The notes under the pieces: model-generated | Told to the model about the DNA's origin: nothing | The model's input: the letters and a program-made list of their open reading frames with translations, nothing else | Database searches by the model: none | In this document: positions 1-9,748 of the stretch, piece by piece | Position numbering within the stretch: the first letter of the stretch is position 1 | How the letters are laid out: every line of letters begins with the position of its first letter | Translations under genes and position numbers: made by a program | Source: Dehalococcoidia bacterium | GTDB lineage: Bacteria > Chloroflexota > Dehalococcoidia > Bin125 | Reading direction: 5' to 3' | DNA length: 64,000 nucleotides | Assembly (NCBI GenBank): GCA_963555985.3 | Contig: OY820591.1 | Coordinates: forward strand, 640,001 to 704,000

Positions 1-71
1 ACGGCGGCGTCACCATGCGCGGCGGCGAACCCACCGGCGTCACCACGGGACAGGTCCTCACCTCGGCCTAG
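1..71 (+). CDS. 3' end of upstream gene, probably amidohydrolase/D-aminoacylase-like (partial)
   Basis: Frame 3 reads GGVTMRGGEPTGVTTGQVLTSA*, like the NG..v..G..TG..pG.vL C-terminus of D-aminoacylase family. Confidence 0.5.
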   Translation, partial: GGVTMRGGEPTGVTTGQVLTSA

Positions 72-86
72 AACGGACGCAGCGTC

Positions 87-785
87 GTGACGACCGAAGC
101 GCCGCAGCGAGTCGAGCCCAAAGGTGGCCAGCAGGAGTTGCCGCCGCTCCCTGCAATGATCCGCGTACCGCTGCCCGAAGGCTGTCTACCAGCCACCGGC
201 TGCGCGGAAACCGAAGCCTGGTTTCAGCGCGTCTACGAGGCCAATCCGGAGTGGCGGATCGAGCTCACGCCCGAAGGCGAGCTGATCTTCAACGAGTACG
301 CTGGCGGCGATAGCTCCGATATCGCTGTGGAGATCAGTGCGCAGATCAGCAACTGGGTCGTCAACGACGCCGGCGGCGGACGGGTACGGGATTCCAGCGC
401 CGGCTATTGGGTCACCAATGCCGCTGGCCGCGACGGAGTGCTGATGCCCGATGTCTCGTGGGTCTCATCGCAGCAGTTCTCCGACGTTCCGGCGGAACAG
501 CGGCGGCGCGCCTGGCATCTGTGCCCGGCTCTCATCGTCGAGATTCGCTCACCCCGGGATTCGCTCCGTGCGCAGCAGCGGCGAATGGAGCATTGGCTGC
601 GGCTGGGCGCCCAACTCGGCTGGCTGATCGATCCGCGTTCCTGGGATGTGTGGATTTACCGGCCCAATCAGGATCCCGAACGCCGACACCGCCCCGAGAC
701 GCTCAGCGGCGAGTCCGTCCTCGCTGGCCTGAGCGTGGATTGCACCCGTATCTGGGAGATGGCCGACGACCTCGCCAGCCTCTAA
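87..785 (+). CDS. Uma2 (DUF820) family endonuclease
   Basis: RIELTPEGEL, PDVSWV, CPALIVEIRSP, LGWLIDP motifs. Confidence 0.9.
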   Translation: MTTEAPQRVEPKGGQQELPPLPAMIRVPLPEGCLPATGCAETEAWFQRVYEANPEWRIELTPEGELIFNEYAGGDSSDIAVEISAQISNWVVNDAGGGRVRDSSAGYWVTNAAGRDGVLMPDVSWVSSQQFSDVPAEQRRRAWHLCPALIVEIRSPRDSLRAQQRRMEHWLRLGAQLGWLIDPRSWDVWIYRPNQDPERRHRPETLSGESVLAGLSVDCTRIWEMADDLASL

Positions 786-799
786 ACAACGATCATCCC

Positions 800-1855
800 G
801 TGCGCATCCCCAAATTCGGCCTCAACCGCCAAGACGCTTCCTCACCCGCAGCCTTCGCCGAAGATGTGGCGAGAATCGAGTCTCTCGGCTGGGACGCCGC
901 CTGGCTGCCCGATTCCCAACTCCGTCGCCGCGACACCTACGTCCTCCTCGCCGCCGCCGCCCAAGCGACCGAGACGATCCAGCTCGGCACGCTGCTGGTC
1001 AACCCCGTCACCCGCCATCCTTCCGTCACCGCCTCCTCCATCGCCACGATCGACGAGCTCGCGCCCGGACGGGTCGCGCTCGGCTTCGGCGCCGGCGACA
1101 CCGCCGTCCGTCTGAGCGGATTGCGTCCCGCGCGAGTCGCCGAAATGGAGGACGCGATCGTCCTCATGCGCCGACTCTTGGCCGGTGAGGAGATCGAGGT
1201 CGGCGCCGAGCGCCCCGCTTTCCTGCCCTTCCACCGGCCGGTACCCGTCTGGCTCACCGCCGGCGGACCGCGCACGCTCGAAATGGGCGGCCGCGTCGCC
1301 GACGGTGTCTTCATGCGCGTCGGTACCCACCACACCGCCATCGCCGATACGGTCAGCCGAATCCGGCGCGGCGCGGAGGCTGCCGGCCGAGACCCGCTCT
1401 CGATCCCACTGGGGATCATCTTCCACACCGTCCTCGTGGACGATCCCGACGATGCCCTCCTGATGGCCAAAGCAATGGCCGCCGGCTACTACGAGTACTC
1501 CCCCATGCTCTTCGAACCCTGCGGCCTCAGCTGGGACGGCCCCGACCCTGAACTGCTCAAGCGGCAGCGCGATGTCTGGCCCGACTTCCACCACGATCCC
1601 GACCTGCTCAAGGCCGGGCGAGCGGTCGACTTCCTCAGCGAAGCCCACGCCGACGCCTTCGCCCTGCGCGGCTCCGCCGACCGGATCATTGAACAACTCG
1701 TGCGCGTCCTCACCGACGCCGCCGGCGACGGCATCGAGTTCGAGCACGTCGTCCTCCACCCGATCCCTAACCCACCTGCACCAGACGATGGATACACCGT
1801 CCGCGTCGCACGCGACATTCTGCCCGCCGTCCGCCAATATCTCTCCGAACACTAG
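800..1855 (+). CDS. LLM-class flavin/F420-dependent oxidoreductase (Mer-like)
   Basis: GWDAAWLPDSQ, NPVTRHP, LGFGAGD, GGPRTLEMGGRVADG; true start likely GTG 800 rather than 407. Confidence 0.9.
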   Translation: MRIPKFGLNRQDASSPAAFAEDVARIESLGWDAAWLPDSQLRRRDTYVLLAAAAQATETIQLGTLLVNPVTRHPSVTASSIATIDELAPGRVALGFGAGDTAVRLSGLRPARVAEMEDAIVLMRRLLAGEEIEVGAERPAFLPFHRPVPVWLTAGGPRTLEMGGRVADGVFMRVGTHHTAIADTVSRIRRGAEAAGRDPLSIPLGIIFHTVLVDDPDDALLMAKAMAAGYYEYSPMLFEPCGLSWDGPDPELLKRQRDVWPDFHHDPDLLKAGRAVDFLSEAHADAFALRGSADRIIEQLVRVLTDAAGDGIEFEHVVLHPIPNPPAPDDGYTVRVARDILPAVRQYLSEH

Positions 1856-1914
1856 TCCAATCCGTGCTATAGTCGGTCATCAGTGCGAGGACGCCCCGGC
1901 AGGAGGAACCGCCA

Positions 1915-2007
1915 ATGTCCGCAAGCCCATGCCCGTCCCAACCATCCCGTAAGCCCCTGACGGGACGGCAAACGCTGAACAAAGCTGAAAGAAACCTGAA
2001 CGGCTGA
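1915..2007 (+). CDS. Putative 30-aa small ORF (MSASPCPSQPSRKPLTGRQTLNKAERNLNG)
   Basis: Extended -10 TGCTATAGT at 1865-1873, perfect AGGAGG at 1901-1906, ATG 8 nt later. Confidence 0.35.
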   Translation: MSASPCPSQPSRKPLTGRQTLNKAERNLNG

Positions 2008-2160
2008 AATTGCGATCACCCCATAATTTACAGGTAATTCGTTCAGCTAACCGGCTCTCCGTAGCCGAAAGAAAAAACTCCCTGAACAACCTGAACACCG
2101 CCCCGAACAGCCCGCCACTAGCCTGATCCGCACCAACCTGCGCTCGCATTGGAAGTGATC

Positions 2161-2889
2161 ATGACCGACCAACCCCCCGACCTCAGCAACATCAAGGCGC
2201 TCGCCTGGGACATCGGCGGCACGATCTTCGACTGGCATCACACGATCCGCGATGAGGTCGCATCGATCGCCCAGGCGCAAGGCGTCGAACTCGACGCCGC
2301 GCGGTTCGCCAACCAGTGGCGCTTCACGATGTTCCGGCGGCTGCAACTCGTGCGTCGCGGCGATCTGCCCTGGCTCAACGCCGACCAGCTCCACCGCCGC
2401 GTGCTCGACGAGGTGATGGACGACCATCCGCAACTCAAGCTCGACATGAACGAGCGCGACGAACTCAACCAAGTCTGGCACCGCATGAACGCCTGGCCCG
2501 GCTCGCCGGAGTGCCTGGAGGCGCTGCGCTCGCGCTACAAGGTGACCGTGCTCACCGTCATGTCCTGGGCCATCGCCGTCGATTGCAGCAAGCACAACGG
2601 CATCAGCTGGGACGGCATTCTCTCCTGCGAGTTCCTGGGCCACTACAAGCCCGAACCCGAGGCCTATCAAGCCAGCGCCAGACTGCTCGGCCTCGACATC
2701 TCCGAGGTGATGATGTGCGCCGCCCACAAAGGCGATCTTCAGGCCGCCGCCCGCGCCGGAATGCCCACCGCCTACGTCCCCGTTCCCAGCGAGCGCGGCG
2801 AGGGCAACGATCCGGACATGTCGCCCGATCCGTCCTTCACCGTCAACGCGACCGACTTTCCGGACCTGGCTCGGAAGCTGCTGGCCTGA
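2161..2889 (+). CDS. Haloacid dehalogenase type II / HAD hydrolase
   Basis: IKALAWDIGGTIFDW, YKPEPEAY, MMCAAHKGDL. Confidence 0.9.
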   Translation: MTDQPPDLSNIKALAWDIGGTIFDWHHTIRDEVASIAQAQGVELDAARFANQWRFTMFRRLQLVRRGDLPWLNADQLHRRVLDEVMDDHPQLKLDMNERDELNQVWHRMNAWPGSPECLEALRSRYKVTVLTVMSWAIAVDCSKHNGISWDGILSCEFLGHYKPEPEAYQASARLLGLDISEVMMCAAHKGDLQAAARAGMPTAYVPVPSERGEGNDPDMSPDPSFTVNATDFPDLARKLLA

Positions 2890-2913
2890 GCCGGACCGAT
2901 TGCGAGATACACC

Positions 2914-3822
2914 ATGGCGAACGCTGAACCCGTCCTGATCGAGGCTGTGATCAACGGCCAAGCCACCAAAGCGTGGAATCCGAACGTCCCCCGCAGCGTC
3001 GCTGAAGTCCGCGACGAGATCCACGCCGTGCTCGACGCCGGAGCCTCCATGGTCCACAACCACCCCGGCGACGGCGCAACCGGTCATAACGGCTACGACT
3101 TCTACGTCGCCGCCTGGACGCCGGTGCTCGAAGCCCGCCCCGGCGCGATCGTCTACCCAACCCTCGGCGGCGGCGCCACCTACCACGATCGCTTCGGCCA
3201 CGTACCTGCGCTCGCCGAAGCCGGTTTGTTGCATGTCGGCCCAATCGACGCCGGCTCCGTCAATCTCGGCGCGATCGGGCCTGACGGATTGCCCGTGCCC
3301 AACGATTTCGTCTACGCCAACTCGTTCGGCTACATCAACTACGAGATGCAAATCTGCCGCGAGTACCAGCTCGCCCCCACCTTCGCCATCTTCGATCCGT
3401 CCTTCCTGCGCTGCGTGCTCGCCTGGTATCGCGCCGGAGAGCTGCCCCAGGGCGCGTGGCTCAAGTTCTACTTCGGCGGCGACCACGGCTACCCCGGCAT
3501 CGGCGGCCCGGACGGTCGCGGTATGCCCATCGGTCTCCCGCCAACCGAGAAGGCGCTCGACGCCTACCTCGAGATGATGCAAGGCTGCGACATCCCTTGG
3601 GGCGTCAGCGCCGTCGGCGGAGATGTGGTCGAATCCGGCATCGCCGAACTCGCCCTCGAACGAGGCGGACACATCCACGTCGGCCTCGAAATGTTCGCCG
3701 CCGAGAGGCAACCCACCAACGTGGAGCTAGTCGCCGAAGTCGTCGAACTGTGCCAGAAGGTCGGCCGGGAACCGCTGAGGTGGGAAGATTGCGCCTCGTA
3801 CCTGGACTTTCCGTCGGCGTAG
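2914..3822 (+). CDS. 3-keto-5-aminohexanoate cleavage enzyme family (BKACE/DUF849)
   Basis: IEAVING..NPNVP, GASMVHNH, GGHIHVGLE, TNVELV. Confidence 0.9.
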   Translation: MANAEPVLIEAVINGQATKAWNPNVPRSVAEVRDEIHAVLDAGASMVHNHPGDGATGHNGYDFYVAAWTPVLEARPGAIVYPTLGGGATYHDRFGHVPALAEAGLLHVGPIDAGSVNLGAIGPDGLPVPNDFVYANSFGYINYEMQICREYQLAPTFAIFDPSFLRCVLAWYRAGELPQGAWLKFYFGGDHGYPGIGGPDGRGMPIGLPPTEKALDAYLEMMQGCDIPWGVSAVGGDVVESGIAELALERGGHIHVGLEMFAAERQPTNVELVAEVVELCQKVGREPLRWEDCASYLDFPSA

Positions 3823-3852
3823 AATCGCGCGAAAGAGAGGACCGACGGTGGT

Positions 3853-4995
3853 ATGAGCGGAACTCTGACCAAGGCGTCTGTCATAAGCTGGGCTATCGAA
3901 GAGTCCGGCTACAGCGTGCCCCAACTCGCGCAGCAGATGGAGTCGGTGAAGGCGACGGAATCGAAGATCCAGAGTTGGATCGATGGGGAATCAACTCCGA
4001 CCAGGGGCCAACTCACAAAGCTGGCGAAAGTTCTCCGTCGTCCTGTTGCCGTCTTCTATCGATCCGAGCCGCCTCAATCAGATTCGAAACTCTTGCAGCT
4101 TCGCACCGGCCGAGGAGCCAAGAACAGATCGCTGACCCCCGATGAGCGATTTCAGGTGCGCGAGGCGCGTCGGCGTCAGCGCTGGATTTCAGAACTGCTC
4201 TCGGATGAACCGACGGTCGATATCCCCTCGTTCCACAGTGGTGTGAGCGCAACAACCGCCGCGGCGCGACTTCGTCAGTGGTGTGAGGTGGATGCCGAGC
4301 AGATGGCGAGATGGAATAGTGATCACGACGGCTACCTCGCTTGGAAACGAGCACTCGAGAGCCGCGGCGTCTTGGTAATGGAGCTCCAGCTCGGACAAGA
4401 TGGTATGCGAGGGTTCTCACTCGCCGATCCGTATGCGCCGGCCGTAGCGGTCAATACAATTGAGAATGCGGCTGCTCGTTCATTCACCCTGTGGCACGAA
4501 GTTGCCCACTTGGCTCGATCTGACACCAGTTCCTGTCTCGTCTTGGACGAACTGACAGTAGATGGGTCGGAACGCTGGTGCGACCAGGTGGCAAGCGAAG
4601 TGTTGCTGCCGAAGGCGATGCTCGCTGATTTCTGCACTGCACGTCCAACCGCGGAGGGTATCGCGCTCGTTCGTGTGGTGGCGGAGAGATTTCGCACCAG
4701 CCTTCGCGCCACAGCAATGGCGTTGCAAACGCTGGATCCAAAATACGATGGGCTCTACGCCCTGGTGAATTCCACGGTCGGATTTGGCGATGCTGACAAG
4801 GGATTTCGCAGGAGTAGACGGGAATCGAACAGACGCCCACAGCGCCGCTTGCGCGAGACCGGTAGAGTCGGAAGCCGCACGGTGATCGATGCGTTGGCCG
4901 CTGATCGGATTTCTGAACGATCGGCGCGTCGGATACTTCGCCTGGACGGATACGAGCTTGGACGCTTGGGAGAATTGGTTGAGGACCTTGACTGA
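3853..4995 (+). CDS. XRE-HTH + ImmA/IrrE (M78) metallopeptidase
   Basis: N-terminal HTH (SWIDGESTPTRGQLTKLA), FTLWHEVAH HExxH, ERWCDQVASEVLLP; atypical codon usage. Confidence 0.9.
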   Translation: MSGTLTKASVISWAIEESGYSVPQLAQQMESVKATESKIQSWIDGESTPTRGQLTKLAKVLRRPVAVFYRSEPPQSDSKLLQLRTGRGAKNRSLTPDERFQVREARRRQRWISELLSDEPTVDIPSFHSGVSATTAAARLRQWCEVDAEQMARWNSDHDGYLAWKRALESRGVLVMELQLGQDGMRGFSLADPYAPAVAVNTIENAAARSFTLWHEVAHLARSDTSSCLVLDELTVDGSERWCDQVASEVLLPKAMLADFCTARPTAEGIALVRVVAERFRTSLRATAMALQTLDPKYDGLYALVNSTVGFGDADKGFRRSRRESNRRPQRRLRETGRVGSRTVIDALAADRISERSARRILRLDGYELGRLGELVEDLD

Positions 4996-5501
4996 TGCAG
5001 CAGAGAGTGTGGGTGCTTGACGCCTCGGTGGTGATTGACTTCAAGATTCGCATCAATGTTCAGTTCCAGTGGGCATTCTTGCGTTGTCTGGAGCTGATGG
5101 TGAACGCTGGCTTGGCGTACATCACTGAAGACGTCGTTCGAGAAGTTGGTGACGGCGTTTATCCGGACGCGCCGGGTGCGTGGGTGTACGGAGTTCGCAA
5201 CGGAGTCCAGGTTGGCTTCCGCACCAGCGCTGAGGTGCTGGAATTCGTGCTGTCTCGCGCCGCAGATGTCGTCGATCCGGACGATTCGGAAGACGACGCC
5301 GATCCCTCTGTCATCGCGCAGGCCATCGAACTGATCCGTGACGGAAAACACCCAGTCGTGGTGACAAAAGACCGACGAGATCGCCAAGATCACATCTCCA
5401 TGCGCACGGCCTGCGACAGGTTCGACATCCCGACTTGCTCGCTGGACGAGTTCGTCGCCGAAATCGACTGTGACGCTGGAGAACTCAAGCCGGAGGCCTA
5501 A
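4995..5501 (+). CDS. DUF4411-like PIN-domain protein
   Basis: VLDASVVI, DADPSVIAQA, VVTKD, ACDRFDIPTC; TGATG coupling to upstream gene. Confidence 0.8.
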   Translation: MQQRVWVLDASVVIDFKIRINVQFQWAFLRCLELMVNAGLAYITEDVVREVGDGVYPDAPGAWVYGVRNGVQVGFRTSAEVLEFVLSRAADVVDPDDSEDDADPSVIAQAIELIRDGKHPVVVTKDRRDRQDHISMRTACDRFDIPTCSLDEFVAEIDCDAGELKPEA

Positions 5502-6241
5502 GCCAAGCCGCCCCCATCCACGACAAACTCCGACCCGGTGCTGAAACTCGACTCGTCCGACGCCAGATACAGCGCCAGGTAGGCCACCTCCGACGGATCC
5601 GCGGCACGCCGCAAGGGGGTGTTCCGCAAGAACCGATCACTGTCCGCCTCAAACCCGGGCACCTGATGCAGCATCATCGTATCGATCGGGCCTGGATGAA
5701 TACTGTTCACCCGAATGTTGTAGCGGCCCCACTCTCGCGCTGCTACCTTTGTCATTCCTCTCACAGCAAACTTGCTGGCCGTATACGCAATTGACCCCGC
5801 ACCCCCGCGAAATCCCGCCGTCGAAGAGATATTCACCACCGAACCCGACTGCTGCGCGATCATCTGCGGCCCCACCGCCTTCATCCCCAGCCACACGCCG
5901 ATCTGATTGATCTCGATCACCTGCCGGTACATCTCCTGCGTCATCTCCACGATCGACGCATTCCGGTAGATGCCCGCGTTGTTGATCAGCGCATCCAGCC
6001 GCCCGTGCTGCTCCGCGATCTCCGCCACCAGCGCGTGCCAGGCCTCCTCGTCGGTCACGTCGAGGTGGTGATACGAGGCCGCCGCGCCGATCTTCGCCGC
6101 CGTTTCCGCACCCTCGGCGTCGAGCACGTCCGCCATCACCACCGCTGCTCCCTCCGCCGCGAACAGCTCCGCCTCCGCCGCGCCTTGTCCCCGCGCCGCG
6201 CCCGTGATCAGCGCCACCTTGTCCTTCAGCCGGTCGACCAT
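5498..6241 (-). CDS. Short-chain dehydrogenase/reductase (3alpha,20beta-HSD-like)
   Basis: TGAARGQG, NNAG, YTASK. Confidence 0.95.
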   Translation of the reverse strand: MVDRLKDKVALITGAARGQGAAEAELFAAEGAAVVMADVLDAEGAETAAKIGAAASYHHLDVTDEEAWHALVAEIAEQHGRLDALINNAGIYRNASIVEMTQEMYRQVIEINQIGVWLGMKAVGPQMIAQQSGSVVNISSTAGFRGGAGSIAYTASKFAVRGMTKVAAREWGRYNIRVNSIHPGPIDTMMLHQVPGFEADSDRFLRNTPLRRAADPSEVAYLALYLASDESSFSTGSEFVVDGGGLA

Positions 6242-6344
6242 GATCAGACCCTTCCCGTTTGCAGTCTTGGCCTGCGCAGTCTAGAGAACCACGGCGCGTA
6301 TCCTACGAGTACGCGAAGCAATCCGACGAAGCGGGAGCACGAGC

Positions 6345-7199
6345 ATGGCAGGACGAATCGACGGCAAAGTCGCGGTGATCACGGGCGGCGCCAGCGGCAT
6401 CGGCGAGGGTGCCGTTCGCCTCTTCGCCGAAGAGGGCGGCCGCGTCGTCGTCGCCGACATCCAGGACGAACGCGGACACGCCCTGGTCGAATCGATCGGC
6501 GGCGACACCACCTACATCCACGCCAACGTCGCCAGCGAAGCCGATGTCGCCGGTTCGATCACCCACGCCATCGACCGCTTTGGCCGGATCGACGCGATCT
6601 TCAACAACGCCGGCTACGCGGGCGTGCTCGATCCCATCACCGAAGTCGACGAAGCCGATTACGACTCAACCATGGGCGGCCTGCTCAAGGGCGTCTTCTT
6701 CGGCATCAAGCACGCCGCCCGCGCCATGATCGCCCAGGGCGACGGCGGCTCGATCGTCAGCACCGCTAGCGTCGCCGGCGTTGGCGCGGGCAACGGGCCG
6801 GCCGTCTACAGCGTCGCCAAGGGAGCCGTGATCCACCTCACGAAAGTCGCCGCTTACGAACTCGGCGAGCACAACATCCGCGTCAACTGCATTTGCCCGG
6901 GCGGGATCGCCACTCCCATCTTCGGCAAGTCGCTCGGCCTCTCGGTAGAGGAAGCCGACAAGACCGTCGAAGCGATGGCCGAGGTGATGGGCCAAGCCCA
7001 GCCAATCCGGCGCTCGGGCCGTCCCGCCGATATCGCCCACGCCGCGCTCTGGCTCTCCAGCGACGACTCCTCCTTCGTCACCGGCCACGCCCTCATCGTC
7101 GACGGCGGACTCACCCTCGGCCGCCCCCGCACCGGAGAATTCGACGAGCAAATCGGCGAACTCTTCGACGCGCTCGGGATTGATCGTCCGGCTGAGTAG
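6345..7199 (+). CDS. Short-chain dehydrogenase/reductase
   Basis: TGGASGIG, NNAG, YSVAK. Confidence 0.95.
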   Translation: MAGRIDGKVAVITGGASGIGEGAVRLFAEEGGRVVVADIQDERGHALVESIGGDTTYIHANVASEADVAGSITHAIDRFGRIDAIFNNAGYAGVLDPITEVDEADYDSTMGGLLKGVFFGIKHAARAMIAQGDGGSIVSTASVAGVGAGNGPAVYSVAKGAVIHLTKVAAYELGEHNIRVNCICPGGIATPIFGKSLGLSVEEADKTVEAMAEVMGQAQPIRRSGRPADIAHAALWLSSDDSSFVTGHALIVDGGLTLGRPRTGEFDEQIGELFDALGIDRPAE

Positions 7200-7232
7200 C
7201 GGCGTATCCTCCAAGTCAGAGGAGCACGGGCC

Positions 7233-7961
7233 GTGGACGACCTGATCTTCGGCATGGATGCCGATACCTACTACCACCGTCTCTGTCGCGGCGGCATGAT
7301 GGGCGGTGATCACCTGGCGGCGTTGTCCGGCGCGACCCCGGCCCAGATTCGCGGCTGGCGCACGCTGGGACTGCTGCATCCCGAGAAGCCGGACCCCTTG
7401 TTTTTCCCGCTCTATCCCAACATGTGGTTGTACTCGTGGGTGGACTACTCGCGAGCTCGCCTCGCCGTCAAACTGAGCGAACGCCGCGTGCCTCGCCGTC
7501 GGCTGCCGGAGCTGTTCGAGCGCCTGGACGCCGCCGTCCCCGGCTGGTATCTGTCGCTCCTGCCGCCCGCGCGTGGACGTGCCATCGTGATCAACCCCGA
7601 CACCGCTCAACTCACGGTGAAACTGTATGCCGACCACCCTGCGGCTCCTCTTCCCTGCTCAGTCAATCAGAATTGCTGCGACGCGGCCGACACGGAACTG
7701 TATGCGGCTGTCGAGATCCTGCGCGAACTCCAGCGTGAGGGATCGCTGGGGCAGCTCAGCCACGTGACCGATCTCATCGTGATAGACCCAGCCATTCAAG
7801 GAGGAGCGCCGACGGTGTTCGGACATCGAATTGAGACCGAGTTCGTCGGCCCGCCAGTGCTTACCGGCGCACAGAGCGTCGAGCAGATCGCGGAGCTCTA
7901 CCGCATCTCTCCCGAGAAAGTGCGGGCGGCAGTTGAGTTTGAACGAGCGTTGGCGGCCTAG
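7233..7961 (+). CDS. HTH + DUF433 domain protein (putative antitoxin)
   Basis: C-terminal IDPAIQGGAPTVFGHRI...IAELYRISPEKVRAAVEFE; N-terminal MerR-like HTH. Confidence 0.8.
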   Translation: MDDLIFGMDADTYYHRLCRGGMMGGDHLAALSGATPAQIRGWRTLGLLHPEKPDPLFFPLYPNMWLYSWVDYSRARLAVKLSERRVPRRRLPELFERLDAAVPGWYLSLLPPARGRAIVINPDTAQLTVKLYADHPAAPLPCSVNQNCCDAADTELYAAVEILRELQREGSLGQLSHVTDLIVIDPAIQGGAPTVFGHRIETEFVGPPVLTGAQSVEQIAELYRISPEKVRAAVEFERALAA

Positions 7962-7970
7962 GGCGATCGC

Positions 7971-8405
7971 GTGCGCTGCCTCGTGGATGAGAACATGTCC
8001 CCGGCGGTGGCCGCCGTCCTACGGTTCCTCGGTCACGACGCTCAGCACATCAACGACATCGGTTGGGCAACAAGTCGAGACGAAGACTACCTACCGCTCG
8101 CCGTCAACCGTTGGGACCTCTTGATCACCAAGGATTTATTCCGCGGCAAGCTCGAGCGTGAGGTCGCTCGACGGGCAATGCTGGATGGACTGATGATCCT
8201 GCATCTGCGCATCCCTGGTGAAAACCATGAACAAGACCTCCTCGGACAGCTGCGCACGCTGCTGTATCAGTGGCGCGCTGTGGAGCGGGTGATGACGCCG
8301 GGCGGCGATTATCGCTTGGCTGTGATCGCCGACGATGACCTGCGCGCGCGCTTTCGCACGCAGAGCGATGTGGCCGCCATGCCCGGAATCGGCGGCGGCC
8401 GATGA
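7971..8405 (+). CDS. DUF5615/VapC45-like PIN toxin
   Basis: MRCLVDENMS, GHDAQHI, LITKD; follows DUF433 gene. Confidence 0.8.
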   Translation: MRCLVDENMSPAVAAVLRFLGHDAQHINDIGWATSRDEDYLPLAVNRWDLLITKDLFRGKLEREVARRAMLDGLMILHLRIPGENHEQDLLGQLRTLLYQWRAVERVMTPGGDYRLAVIADDDLRARFRTQSDVAAMPGIGGGR

Positions 8406-9748
8406 CCATCTTCGGACGGCATATCTTCTACGGCTGGATCGTCGTCGCCGCCGCCTTCATGGCCCAGTTCGTCGCGGTCGGTGTGCAAACCTCCGTCGCT
8501 GCCGTCTTTGCGCCCGAGATGGTCGCCGAGTTCGGCTGGACCCGAACTCAGTTCTTCGCCGCCGACTCACTCGGCCAAGGCATCCTGATGGTGGTCGGGT
8601 TCCTGATCGGGCCGCGAATCGACCGCTTTGGCGCCCGCCCGATCATGCTCACCGCCGCCGCCGTCTGTATCCCCTCGCTGATCCTCATGAGCCAGGTCGA
8701 CCACTACTGGCAGTACCTGATCGTGCGCGGCGTCTTCCTGCTCACCTCCGCCTCCGTGGCCGGCTTCCTCGTGCTCTCGATCGCGGTCTCCAAATGGTTC
8801 GTCGTCAAGCGCGGACAGGCGCTCGGCTGGACTTCGATGGGCGTCTCTATGGCCGGCCTGGTCTGGCCCTCATTTGCCGTGGCCGCTCTGATCGACCCGC
8901 TCGGCTGGCGCACCGCCTGGATCGTCCTCAGCGCCTTCCTCGCCGCCATCCTGATCCCCTCGGCGCTGCTCATGCGCCGCCGGCCCGAAGACTACGGAAT
9001 GCTCCCCGACGGCGGCCCGACCCAGCTCACGCCCGACCAGATCAGGGCTGCCCAGCACGACGATGAGACCTCCTTGACCCGCCATGAAGCCTTGCGCTCG
9101 AGCTGTTTCTATCTGATCGTGCTGATCTTCGGGATCTCCGTCGTCGGTATCTTCGCGATCTTGCTCAACGGCGTCTTCTTCCTGCGTGAGCACGGATTCA
9201 CTTCACTTGAAGCGGCGCTCGCTGTCGCCGCCTTTTCGCTGCTCTCAATGCTGACCAAACCGCCCTGGGGCTACGCCCTCGACCGTTGGGATACGCGCGT
9301 CGTCGGCTTCGCTTCGTTCGCAATGGGCGCAATGGGCTTTGTGCTCGTGATCAACGCCGCGCCGACCGGCAACTGGTGGCTGATCGCCGGAGCGCTCGCC
9401 CTGATGGGACTGGGAATCGGCGGCAACATTCCCATTCAGGACATGTTCTGGGCCGAGTACTTCGGCCGCCGCTATCTGGGCGCGGTGCGCAGCGTCGGTT
9501 TCCCCGTTGCCATGGGCATCAACGCCGTCACCCCTGTCCTGGTCGCCTTCTCCTACGACCTGCTCGGCTCCTACGAGGTCGCCTTCTACACCTGCGCCGG
9601 ACTCTGGGCCGCCTCCGCCCTGCTCTGTATGATGCTCCGCCTCCCGGCCAAACGCCGAACGCCGCTCGGTGAGCTCGCGCGCCGGCTGGCGGCGCTGATC
9701 ACTCCGGCCAACAACCCCGCCGCGCGCCCCGCCGCCCAGAAGCGCTAG
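8402..9748 (+). CDS. MFS transporter
   Basis: ~12 hydrophobic segments, GPRIDRFGAR motif A, FYGWIVV N-terminus. Confidence 0.92.
   Translation: MTIFGRHIFYGWIVVAAAFMAQFVAVGVQTSVAAVFAPEMVAEFGWTRTQFFAADSLGQGILMVVGFLIGPRIDRFGARPIMLTAAAVCIPSLILMSQVDHYWQYLIVRGVFLLTSASVAGFLVLSIAVSKWFVVKRGQALGWTSMGVSMAGLVWPSFAVAALIDPLGWRTAWIVLSAFLAAILIPSALLMRRRPEDYGMLPDGGPTQLTPDQIRAAQHDDETSLTRHEALRSSCFYLIVLIFGISVVGIFAILLNGVFFLREHGFTSLEAALAVAAFSLLSMLTKPPWGYALDRWDTRVVGFASFAMGAMGFVLVINAAPTGNWWLIAGALALMGLGIGGNIPIQDMFWAEYFGRRYLGAVRSVGFPVAMGINAVTPVLVAFSYDLLGSYEVAFYTCAGLWAASALLCMMLRLPAKRRTPLGELARRLAALITPANNPAARPAAQKR

Noticed and set aside
407-799. N-terminal extension of the LLM ORF
   Set aside because: Overlaps Uma2 in another frame; family similarity starts at 800
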